From positions 1 through 53,146 of the IMG/VR virus record IMGVR_UViG_3300025108_000070: a stretch of DNA of 53,146 nucleotides; one strand, given 5' to 3'. The DNA is from a virus. Its lineage: Duplodnaviria > Caudoviricetes. Shown one piece after another: positions 44,753 through 53,146 of this stretch (its first letter is position 1; each line of letters begins with the position of its first letter). The position numbers and the translations under genes are program-made. The notes under the pieces are model-generated. The model was given only the letters and a program-made list of their open reading frames with translations, searched no databases and was not told the DNA's origin.

Positions 44753-45622
44753 ATGAGTGAAATAACACAGGATAACCTACTTATGGATGATGCCGAAAGA
44801 GCAGAACAACAAGTAGCCCCTATAGAGCAAGATACTGTGGCTGAAGATTTTTTTTCTCAGCTTGATAAACAAGTTATGGGTGATGTTATATCCCAGCCAA
44901 TAGAAGAAGCTCAAGAACAACAGATAACTTCCCCTGAAGGGAACCCTGAAGTCGAGCAACAATCTACTCAAGAAGTAGATAATTTAGAAAAGAGATATAG
45001 TGATTCATCTCGTGAAGCTAAAAGACTTAACAGTCAATTACAAGAGATTGAACCTTATATGCCTTTACTAAATGCAATGAAAGAAGACCCGAATTTAATT
45101 AATCATGTGAGAGATTATTTTCAGGGTGGTGGCTCAGCACCCGAAAGTGTGAAAGAGCGCCTTGGCTTAGACGAAGATTTTGTTTTTGATTATGACGAAG
45201 CTTTGTCAGACCCTAAATCTTCATCTGCAAAATTGTTTAATGCAACTGTGGATGGAGTAGTGCAACGAAGATTAGGTGATTTTGCTCAACAACAATCTAT
45301 ACAATCACGTAAAGCTTTAGAAGAAAGTGCTTTTAAAGATAAGTACAAAGTTTCTAATGAAGATTACTCTGATTTAATGGATTATGCAAAATCGCATAAA
45401 CTAACATTAGAAGATGTTTATTATTTGAAAAATAGAGATAACCGTGATGCTCAAGTAGCTGAAGGTGCTCGACAAGAAATAGTACAACAAATGAAAAATG
45501 TTAGAACTATGCCACCTAGCGTTGCTTCGGCTGGGAACGAACAAAGAGATGAACAATCAGTAGACGATGCCGTTTTTGACAAGCTGCTATCACAAGGTGC
45601 AGGGCTAGATGAGTTAATGTAA
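44753..45622 (+). CDS. Capsid scaffolding protein
   Basis: Acidic N-terminus, coiled coil KRYSDSSREAKRL; between portal and capsid. Confidence 0.7.
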   Translation: MSEITQDNLLMDDAERAEQQVAPIEQDTVAEDFFSQLDKQVMGDVISQPIEEAQEQQITSPEGNPEVEQQSTQEVDNLEKRYSDSSREAKRLNSQLQEIEPYMPLLNAMKEDPNLINHVRDYFQGGGSAPESVKERLGLDEDFVFDYDEALSDPKSSSAKLFNATVDGVVQRRLGDFAQQQSIQSRKALEESAFKDKYKVSNEDYSDLMDYAKSHKLTLEDVYYLKNRDNRDAQVAEGARQEIVQQMKNVRTMPPSVASAGNEQRDEQSVDDAVFDKLLSQGAGLDELM

Positions 45623-45648
45623 ATAAAACAAACCCTTAGGAGGGAAAC

Positions 45649-47205
45649 ATGCCTAGTACACCTTTAGCATTGTCGACTTCTACTGGTTTACTTAACAGAG
45701 GGAGAGAAGTTGGTGGAGTTAATCCAACAACAGCATACCCTACTGGTGATTTACGTAGACGTTATGACTTTGGTGATAGATTTTCAGAACTTGCCATAGC
45801 TCAAACACCGTTCTTTAGACTTGTTTCTACAATGGCTAAAAAACCTACGGATGACCCAACTTTTAAGTTTACCGAGAAGAGACATTCATTCATGAAGCGT
45901 TATGTATATATCGTTGGAAGTATTAAATCTGCTTCAACCGATGTATTTGCAGACGCAACCCTAGCACAAGCAGCAAACACTTCAGCACCCGTTGTTGGAA
46001 GTGAAGTAAAGCTTTATGCAGGAACAGACTATTACTCAGCTGGAAACATTCAAAATGTTCAAGGCCAAAGTAATGGACAAATTAAAGTAGGAGTTGATGG
46101 TACAAGACCACAATTTCTACAACCTAATCAAATCCTTAAAGTACCTATGACTGACGCAGCTGGAAATGCAGTTAACGATTATATGTTAGTTCGCATTACA
46201 GCAGTAGCAGACGCAGCAGACAAAGACCTTAGTGGAGCTGGCGGTGCATCCGCTTCTAAACTATCTCTAATTACTGGTAAAGTTCTTAGAATGTCTAGTG
46301 GAGCTGAATTAGCATCTTTCTTAGCTAACAATAAACCTGACGTAGAAGTATACGCAGAAGATATTGCTGAAGCATTAGAAGGAAAACGTTCATATGTTGT
46401 TGGTACATCATATGGAGAAGGTTCTGAATTACTTGGACAATCTTGGAAAGATAACCCATACTCAACTGGTTACGGACAAACTCAAATCTTTAGAGGCGAG
46501 TTTGGTATGACTAATACTGCAAGAGCAACAGCTCTAAAGTATGAACCAAATGAGTGGGCTAGAACATGGAAAGAAAAACTTATTGAACACAAATGGGACA
46601 TTGAATGGGCTGGATTATTTAGTTCACAAGTTGCAGATGGTTCAGTTAACCACACTCAAGGTGCAATTGATTACATCTTGAATTTTGGTAATATCTTTAC
46701 ATTAGACCTAGCTACAAAAAGTATTGATGACTTCTTACAAGATATGTCACAATATTTTGACCCTAGATACAATCAAGACGGAGCAACAGTATTCTTATGT
46801 AGTACTGCTGTGTTTACTTGGTTGCATAAACTAGGTGGGTTCTTTAAGAATAACATTGCTATTGGCGATAATGGTAATAACTTTAATCGCTTTGGAGCAG
46901 ACTTAGCCGTTACTGGTAGAAAGAAAGTAATGGGATTAGACGTAACAGAAATACAAACAGTATACGGTAAAATGAACGTAGCTAGATGTATTGCCTTAGA
47001 TGGTTCACACGTTAAAATCGCTGCTATCAACATGAACAATGTTGCTTACAGACCACTAGTTGGTAATGGAGTTAATAGAGATACCTCAATTTACGTAGGA
47101 GTTAAGAATTTAGAAAACTCAGGTACGGATAAGAGAGTCGATATGATTCTAACTGAAGCTGGTTTCGAATATAAGATGCCAGAATCACACGCTATTTGGA
47201 AATAA
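45649..47205 (+). CDS. Major capsid protein
   Basis: TPFF.L, F.F.E, TQIF, EHK.DIE, TVYG...V, TEAG.E...PE.HA; synteny; C-ending codon bias of a highly expressed gene. Confidence 0.85.
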   Translation: MPSTPLALSTSTGLLNRGREVGGVNPTTAYPTGDLRRRYDFGDRFSELAIAQTPFFRLVSTMAKKPTDDPTFKFTEKRHSFMKRYVYIVGSIKSASTDVFADATLAQAANTSAPVVGSEVKLYAGTDYYSAGNIQNVQGQSNGQIKVGVDGTRPQFLQPNQILKVPMTDAAGNAVNDYMLVRITAVADAADKDLSGAGGASASKLSLITGKVLRMSSGAELASFLANNKPDVEVYAEDIAEALEGKRSYVVGTSYGEGSELLGQSWKDNPYSTGYGQTQIFRGEFGMTNTARATALKYEPNEWARTWKEKLIEHKWDIEWAGLFSSQVADGSVNHTQGAIDYILNFGNIFTLDLATKSIDDFLQDMSQYFDPRYNQDGATVFLCSTAVFTWLHKLGGFFKNNIAIGDNGNNFNRFGADLAVTGRKKVMGLDVTEIQTVYGKMNVARCIALDGSHVKIAAINMNNVAYRPLVGNGVNRDTSIYVGVKNLENSGTDKRVDMILTEAGFEYKMPESHAIWK

Positions 47206-47220
47206 TCTAAATAGTTAATT

Positions 47221-47277
47221 TGCATTGGGTCCTTGTAGGTTCTTTACCTCCTTTCTCCCTACGGGGACCTTAATGCA
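47221..47277 (+). ncRNA. Hairpin RNA element with anti-Shine-Dalgarno loop
   Basis: 6+13 bp stem (G.U on + strand); loop TTCTTTACCTCCTTTCTC. Confidence 0.65.
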
Positions 47278-47291
47278 TACGGAGAATAGAT

Positions 47292-49061
47292 ATGAAATTA
47301 TGGGAAAAAGTAAATAATATAACTGGTAACGATACCAAGGCTAGATATTTAGTAGAGTATATCAATGCTGGAGCTAAATTTATAGTAGCATCATTACCTG
47401 AAAAGTTTTTATGGACTATTGCTTCTGAAGTAGAAGTTACAGGTTGGAATAGTGCTGGTACTGACATTTTAGGAAACGGTTCTTCATTAGCGTATGATAA
47501 AATATTAGCAGTTTATCGTTTAGATAGTGGGAAAAAAAGAGTAGCTGTTGAAGCTCCTGATAATAGTATACATATATTTGACGAAGCTGATAGTTTGTTA
47601 ACGGCTACTGAAATGTTTCCAAAATACTATAAACTAAGTGGTAAAATTTATATTAAACCAGACCCTGATTATAATTCTTCAGGAGCAAATAAAACATATA
47701 CACCATTAGGGGGCAGTTCTACAACTGTTAATGCTGGTACTGGAGATAAAGGAGTGATTGTTTATTCAGCTCCCCCAATAATTGATGAAAATACAGATGA
47801 TTGGATTCTTACAGAATATGAAAATATTGCTATACTATATGCTTCTTCTTTAGATTATATGAGATTAGCACAATATTATAGAGGATTATGTAAAACAGAA
47901 ATAGATAAAATATTTAACACGACTATAGAATCTTTTTCTAGTGAATTGCCTAGTTCTACTCCTATATTTAATTTTAGCGATAGTGTTCCTTCTGGATTTA
48001 GCATAACAAGCACTTTGCCAAGTTTTAATTTTGCTGGAATTTTACCAACTAACATTAGCTTAACAAATTCTTTGCCTAGTTCTATAAATGTAACAAGTTC
48101 TTTACCTAGCGGATTAGTTTTAAGTAAATCGCTAGAAGATGACTATAACACATTAACTTCTTTACCTTCATACGATTCTGAATCTTTAGTTTTAAATTTA
48201 AGTAATTCTTTTGGAGATATAAATAATGCTGAATCAATACTAGAAAGCGGTTTTACTTCAGGAGATACTAGCGCCAAAGTAAGTAAATCAGCTATACATT
48301 GGTTGCAAGACGAAGACCCAGAAATGGCAAAAGCTACAACTGAAATTACTGAAATGGAATTAGGTATAGCAAAAGGAAGGTTGGATGTTGAAAGAACTAA
48401 CATAGAATCGTTTGCTCAAAAAGTAAATCAAAATACTAGTGTTTTTAATAGCAATTTAACTAAATATGCACAAGAATCTAGAACTGAATCTGAAAGAATA
48501 TCTTCTGGAGTAGCTAATTATCAAGCTGAAATACAAAAAGAAACACAAAGAATTAATTCTGATTTAGCTAAGTATACTAATGAATTACAAAAAGAAGTAC
48601 AAAGAATACAAACAGATATTTCTAAATATCAATCTGAGCTACAAAAAGAATCAGCAAATAAAAATATTGATACACAAAATTTTTCAGCAAAATTAAATGA
48701 AGCAATGCAAAGATTTCAATCAGATATTGCTAAATATCAATCTGAAATACAAAAAGAAGGTCAAAGAGTTCAAATAGATTTACAAAATTATTCGGCTAAA
48801 TTAAATGAAGCTAATATTAGATACCAAGCAGATTCTAATGTTTTTCAATTAAAAATTGCTAAAGCTAACACTAAATTACAAGAATCTGGTATTAGATTAA
48901 ATACAGCTAGTGCTTATACTCAAAAAAGTAGAGATAGCATTCAAACATCTCAATTATTTTTTCAAAGAGCTATAGGTGAATTACAAGCAATTACTGGCGC
49001 TATAGTAGCTCCTGAACAACAACAACAATCTCAAAGAAGAGAGCAAGGAGCAACATCGTGA
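47292..49061 (+). CDS. Structural protein with S/T-LP repeats and long coiled coil
   Basis: Follows capsid gene; ~11-aa ..S.LP repeats, then 18-aa YQ.E.QKE.QR...D..K repeats. Confidence 0.6.
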   Translation: MKLWEKVNNITGNDTKARYLVEYINAGAKFIVASLPEKFLWTIASEVEVTGWNSAGTDILGNGSSLAYDKILAVYRLDSGKKRVAVEAPDNSIHIFDEADSLLTATEMFPKYYKLSGKIYIKPDPDYNSSGANKTYTPLGGSSTTVNAGTGDKGVIVYSAPPIIDENTDDWILTEYENIAILYASSLDYMRLAQYYRGLCKTEIDKIFNTTIESFSSELPSSTPIFNFSDSVPSGFSITSTLPSFNFAGILPTNISLTNSLPSSINVTSSLPSGLVLSKSLEDDYNTLTSLPSYDSESLVLNLSNSFGDINNAESILESGFTSGDTSAKVSKSAIHWLQDEDPEMAKATTEITEMELGIAKGRLDVERTNIESFAQKVNQNTSVFNSNLTKYAQESRTESERISSGVANYQAEIQKETQRINSDLAKYTNELQKEVQRIQTDISKYQSELQKESANKNIDTQNFSAKLNEAMQRFQSDIAKYQSEIQKEGQRVQIDLQNYSAKLNEANIRYQADSNVFQLKIAKANTKLQESGIRLNTASAYTQKSRDSIQTSQLFFQRAIGELQAITGAIVAPEQQQQSQRREQGATS

Positions 49062-49336
49062 AGCTTTTAGAATTAATGGAAAGAGCAAATACTAGAGATA
49101 CAAAATTAGTCATTGCTTACGTTAAAGACGCAATAAACAAAATACAATCATCAAATGAAATTACTACAACAAGCGCTAAACAAAATATAGTTAAAAATCA
49201 AAGAGATTATAATTTGCCTGCTGATTTAATTGCAATTAAACATATTAGTGTTTTAGATACCGAAGATGATAATAAGTATAAAATTATTAGAAGATTAGCA
49301 AACGAACCTGTAGTTAGCGAGGATACAAACCCATGA
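49058..49336 (+). CDS. Neck/adaptor-like protein
   Basis: QR.Y.LP.D...I..I motif; synteny. Confidence 0.5.
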   Translation: MKLLELMERANTRDTKLVIAYVKDAINKIQSSNEITTTSAKQNIVKNQRDYNLPADLIAIKHISVLDTEDDNKYKIIRRLANEPVVSEDTNP

Positions 49337-49794
49337 GTTATGACACAGATAGAACTTATGCTTATATACAAAGCGGAAAAAAATTAAGACTTTATAAAAT
49401 TAGAAGAAGTTCTGGTAGAATTATTGATAATCAAGGTAGAGTCAAAGGCGGAGAATTTGATGATATTATATATCCAGATGAAGCAATTACTTTAGGATTA
49501 AGAGTAGAATATACAGCTATAGTAGACCCTTTTGTAGCTGAAGACCCTGAAACTACTTCAGTAGGTAGTTTAACTACAGTATCTTCTCCAATTGAATCTA
49601 CTCATATAAATTTAAATAGAATGTTAAGTCTAGCAGTTGTAGATTATGTACGTGCTATGATGGCTGAAAGACAAGGAGATATACAGGCAAAAGAGTATTA
49701 TTTAAGAGAATTTCATAAAAAGGTTGCTGACAATGAAAGCAACAGAAACAAAATGTATATCGCAAATACGATAAAAACGTATGCGGTAAAATAG
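49333..49794 (+). CDS. Neck/adaptor-like protein
   Basis: L.VEY...AVVDYV.A....G.....YY..EF; synteny. Confidence 0.5.
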   Translation: MSYDTDRTYAYIQSGKKLRLYKIRRSSGRIIDNQGRVKGGEFDDIIYPDEAITLGLRVEYTAIVDPFVAEDPETTSVGSLTTVSSPIESTHINLNRMLSLAVVDYVRAMMAERQGDIQAKEYYLREFHKKVADNESNRNKMYIANTIKTYAVK

Positions 49795-49803
49795 GGGAAT
49801 ATA

Positions 49804-50244
49804 ATGGCAAGAATAGATTATGCAACAAGCGTATCAGTAATACAAAGTACTACATTAGAAGGAAATACAGTAGAAGCTATTGATGCTGAAATTGGTAGAA
49901 GTTTAGGTGGAGGAAACTCTAGTTTAACTTGGGCTGGTTCAAATATTGATGCTTGGGCTGGTGGAGTTATGACACATATAGAAGCAACTACCACTCCAAC
50001 TCAAGTAGCGGCTAGTGGAGATGATGGTGTTTGGATAAAACACACGGGCTTAGAACATGTAACTGCAGCTCCTCATTTAGGTACGGCTGCTAATAATGAC
50101 GCTGTAACTATAAAATTAGCTTCAGCAAGTCTTTGCACACTAAATAGCGGAGATTGTATTTTTATACCAAAACCTTTGGGAGCTATTAATGTAGTAGGAG
50201 CAGATAATACTGGTCCAGCAATTGAATACGCAAAATTAACTTAA
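49804..50244 (+). CDS. Hypothetical structural protein
   Basis: Operon ORF, beta-rich. Confidence 0.6.
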   Translation: MARIDYATSVSVIQSTTLEGNTVEAIDAEIGRSLGGGNSSLTWAGSNIDAWAGGVMTHIEATTTPTQVAASGDDGVWIKHTGLEHVTAAPHLGTAANNDAVTIKLASASLCTLNSGDCIFIPKPLGAINVVGADNTGPAIEYAKLT

Positions 50245-50256
50245 CAGGAGAATAAA

Positions 50257-50493
50257 ATGGCAAAAGGACTTAATGATTACGCAGTACAAGAAAGTGTTGC
50301 TCCGTATATCAAAGCAGTAGTTGCAACGGGAAGTGACCAAGACGCTTGTAGAGCTGTGCACATGAAGGGCACATCAGCAAACGTTAATTTAACAGTAAAT
50401 GGTGTTGTAGTAGCATTTCATTTGTTAAAAGGACACACATATCCAATTTGTGCAACAAAAAGTAGTTCAACAGACGTAGTACTTTTATATTAG
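50257..50493 (+). CDS. Hypothetical structural protein
   Basis: RBS AGGAG. Confidence 0.6.
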   Translation: MAKGLNDYAVQESVAPYIKAVVATGSDQDACRAVHMKGTSANVNLTVNGVVVAFHLLKGHTYPICATKSSSTDVVLLY

Positions 50494-50502
50494 GAGTATA
50501 TA

Positions 50503-50850
50503 ATGATTACCGCAGAACAATATCAAGATATACAAATAATGCAAAATACTGATTTTGAAAACACTATTACATTTACAGCGCCACATGATACTGGTGATTA
50601 TGACTATAGAGTAATAATAGCTAAAGATTTTTCTTCAAGTGCTGATATTACATTAACTGTTGGTGCTGGATTAACTAAAACAAGTGCTACAGTTTTAACT
50701 ATGACAATAGCAGATACAGTTACAGATGATTTAGCTGATAATTATGAAGGTGTTTGGGAATTAGTATCTAAAAAAACTAGTGGTGGTAAATTAACAAGAG
50801 AAATACAAGGCGATGTTGTAGTTTCTCCTGGATTGGTAACGGCTTGGTAA
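50503..50850 (+). CDS. Tail-associated beta-sandwich protein
   Basis: I.Q.TDF...GVWEL......R.IQG.V.VSP pattern. Confidence 0.55.
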   Translation: MITAEQYQDIQIMQNTDFENTITFTAPHDTGDYDYRVIIAKDFSSSADITLTVGAGLTKTSATVLTMTIADTVTDDLADNYEGVWELVSKKTSGGKLTREIQGDVVVSPGLVTAW

Positions 50851-51242
50851 TGGCTATTAGTGCAAAAGTATCAACTCCTGTAGAGGTTAAGACTAATGTT
50901 GACAATCAAAGTGTTAACAAGTCCGTAGGCGTACAAAATGCGTCTAAAACCGATGATACGTTTACAATTAATGCTACTGAGATACCTATATCACTTACAG
51001 GCACAACAGCGGCTAATTTGCAAGATGCGGTGCAAGAAAATGTAGATGGTAGTGGAATTATTTCATCTTCAAATGTAACAACTACAGATTTAACAAAATT
51101 AAAAAATATTACGGCTACTGCTTCTGAATTGAATCAGTTAGACGATAAAGTAATAGGGGGAACTAATAACGATGATATTGTAGACGTAGGTTCTAATCAA
51201 ACGTTATCAGGAAAGACAATAGAGAGTAATACTTATACTTAA
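50844..51242 (+). CDS. Short tail-fibre-like protein
   Basis: TATASELNQLD and QTLSGKTI fibre motifs. Confidence 0.6.
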   Translation: MVMAISAKVSTPVEVKTNVDNQSVNKSVGVQNASKTDDTFTINATEIPISLTGTTAANLQDAVQENVDGSGIISSSNVTTTDLTKLKNITATASELNQLDDKVIGGTNNDDIVDVGSNQTLSGKTIESNTYT

Positions 51243-51258
51243 TAAAAGGTAAAATAAA

Positions 51259-52188
51259 ATGGCGAATACATTTCAAATAAAAAGACACTCAAGTAACACT
51301 AATAGTAGTGCCCCTGGAACTTTAGCAAATGGTGAGTTAGCATTAAATCAAGCGTCTAAAAAGTTATTTGTTGGAAGACATAATAATTCTAGCGTAGAAG
51401 TGTTTCACTTACCTACATTGCAAGATTTAACTTATGGTGCTGGTATTAGCGGTACAGTAGCTTCTGGTTCAGACAACAATGCATCTACAATAGCGGTAGA
51501 TTTAACTGACTCTAACATTTTTGCATCAACAAGTGCAAAAGGTATTGCTTCGTTTGCAAGTGCAGACTTTTCAGTATCTAGTGGAGTAGTATCTATTGGT
51601 TCAATAGGAACTTCGCAAATTGATGCTGATGCAATTACTGGTGCTAAAATAGCTGATGACCAAATTAATAGCGAACATATTGTAGCTGATTCTTTAGATG
51701 CTGAACATTATGCAGCTAGTTCTGTAGATACTACAGCTTTAGCTAATAATTCAGTTACTTCCGCAAAAATAGTTGATGGAACTATAGTTGCTGGAGATAT
51801 AGCTAACGATACTATTACAGCGGCTAAATTAGCGCATGATTTGACGCTACCTGGAAATATAACATCTGGTGGTAATCTAACAGTTACTGGTAATTTAACA
51901 GTACAAGGTGATACTACTACTTTAAATACAGCAACATTAACTGTAGAGGATAAAGAGATTGTTATAGCTAACGGAGCAGCAGATTCAGCGGGAGCAGATG
52001 GAGCTGGTATTAGAATAGACGGAGCAAGTGCAACATTATTGTATGACGATACTGGAACTCAATGGGAAATGAATAAACCCCTAGAGATTACTGGTACATT
52101 AGCGGTATCTAGCACATCTACATTTACTGGAGCTATTACAGCATCAGGTGGATTTACTAATACTACTTTTGATTGTGGTACTTATTAA
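51259..52188 (+). CDS. Tail fibre protein
   Basis: MANTFQIKR...L..GELA.N head; IT.AKIA repeats; GNLTV.G.TTT.N...L.VED..I; ends DCGTY. Confidence 0.8.
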   Translation: MANTFQIKRHSSNTNSSAPGTLANGELALNQASKKLFVGRHNNSSVEVFHLPTLQDLTYGAGISGTVASGSDNNASTIAVDLTDSNIFASTSAKGIASFASADFSVSSGVVSIGSIGTSQIDADAITGAKIADDQINSEHIVADSLDAEHYAASSVDTTALANNSVTSAKIVDGTIVAGDIANDTITAAKLAHDLTLPGNITSGGNLTVTGNLTVQGDTTTLNTATLTVEDKEIVIANGAADSAGADGAGIRIDGASATLLYDDTGTQWEMNKPLEITGTLAVSSTSTFTGAITASGGFTNTTFDCGTY

Positions 52189-52199
52189 TAGAGGGTTGA

Positions 52200-53146
52200 G
52201 TGGCAAATATAATAAAAATTAAGCGTGGTTCTGGCGAACCTGGAACTTCAGATTTAGCTTATTACGAGTTAGGTTATAGAACTGGTACAGAAGAGCTATA
52301 CATTAACGATGGCGGAACAATTCGTCAAGTTGGTAGCGGTAGTAGTGGAGGTGGAGCTGTAGATTCTATAGCTAACTTTGCTGACAATAGACTTCTTACA
52401 GCATCTGACGCTGATTCTATTAACGGAGAAGCCAATCTTCTTTTTAGTGGTTCTACTTTAGAAATAAACAATACTGGAGATTGGAGTTATATTCTTAACA
52501 ATACTAATTCAGGTGGACTAAGATTTGGAAGTAAAGATTCAGGTGGAACATTAGCATATCAAATAGAAATATCTAATACTGGTAATTATGTAAAACTAAA
52601 TGAAGATGTACAACTACCAGCTACCAAAAAACTTTACTTAGATGGTGGTGGTGATACTTATTTACACGAAGATTCAGCAGATTCAGTTTATATGGTTGTT
52701 GGTGGTGTAAATGTAATGAGATTTTATGAAACCAGTAGTGCAGGGTATGCTTATGCTCCTGATAACTTTTATGTTGGTGTTGGTAATGGAATTGATTTTA
52801 CTATGCGACACGATGGTAATAATAGTTATCTTAAAAACACAACTGGTAATTTACATATAAGAGGTAGAGATGATGGATATGTTACTATTGATAGCAACGA
52901 TGGAACTGAAAGCATTGTTTGTGATTTAAAATCTGAGGTAAAAATTAAACACGCAGGAACAACTGTGTTTGAAACAAATAGTTCTGGATTTCAAATGCCA
53001 GCAACTAAGAAATTTTACCTTGATGGTGGTAATAATACTTACTTTACAGAAACAGCATCAGACTTAGTAGATATGTATGTTGGTGGAGTTCTGATGATGA
53101 GATTTGAAGAATCAGGAACAGATTCAGTATTTACCAATGACAATGT
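52200..53146 (+). CDS. Partial CDS: N-terminus of a long tail fibre
   Basis: Not in ORF track. GTG start after GAGG; MANIIKIKRGSGEP...YELG, NRLLTA...NGEANL.F; frame appears open to the window end. Confidence 0.8.
   Translation, partial: MANIIKIKRGSGEPGTSDLAYYELGYRTGTEELYINDGGTIRQVGSGSSGGGAVDSIANFADNRLLTASDADSINGEANLLFSGSTLEINNTGDWSYILNNTNSGGLRFGSKDSGGTLAYQIEISNTGNYVKLNEDVQLPATKKLYLDGGGDTYLHEDSADSVYMVVGGVNVMRFYETSSAGYAYAPDNFYVGVGNGIDFTMRHDGNNSYLKNTTGNLHIRGRDDGYVTIDSNDGTESIVCDLKSEVKIKHAGTTVFETNSSGFQMPATKKFYLDGGNNTYFTETASDLVDMYVGGVLMMRFEESGTDSVFTNDN

Noticed and set aside
47221-47277. Ordinary intrinsic terminator after the capsid gene
   Set aside because: No U-tract and an unusually large pyrimidine loop; kept as an RNA element instead
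52617-53111. Diversity-generating retroelement TR/VR pair
   Set aside because: Repeat is in-frame and diverged at non-adenine and synonymous sites; no reverse transcriptase present
1-53146. Direct circular join of the window ends
   Set aside because: No terminal overlap seen; joining gives GTG AAG TAG in the fibre frame and the S74 N-terminal half is missing
1-53146. Stop-codon reassignment as in some crAss-like phages
   Set aside because: Long genes tile the window under the standard code, and TAG/TGA end genes at sensible boundaries

Overview
AT-rich tailed-phage genome fragment, probably nearly complete and podovirus-like, cut inside tail-fibre genes at both ends. The + strand late arm (37.2-53.1 kb, then 1-23.8 kb) carries terminase, portal, scaffold, major capsid, neck/tail proteins, lysis genes, two S74-chaperone fibres and five putative ejection proteins. 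The - strand arm (23.8-37.1 kb) carries a DnaB helicase, adenine methyltransferase, RuvC-like resolvase, Sak-like annealing protein, Cas4-like exonuclease, SSB-like protein and many small unknowns. No DNA polymerase, primase or integrase was recognised. Highlights: (1) a 2895-aa protein with the DFDID catalytic motif and ordered accessory motifs of crAss-type/RNAi-RdRP-like single-chain RNA polymerases, in a small phage with Shine-Dalgarno and sigma70 signals; (2) about 12 unrelated stem-closed structured RNA modules packed in intergenic arrays on the - strand; (3) a post-capsid hairpin whose loop copies the 16S rRNA 3' anti-SD tail; (4) a nucleotidyltransferase-like gene between two apparent halves of a tail gene; (5) a DnaA-box-like cluster and convergent promoters at the strand switch. 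All calls come from motifs, synteny and base-pairing read by eye; no searches or folding programs were run.
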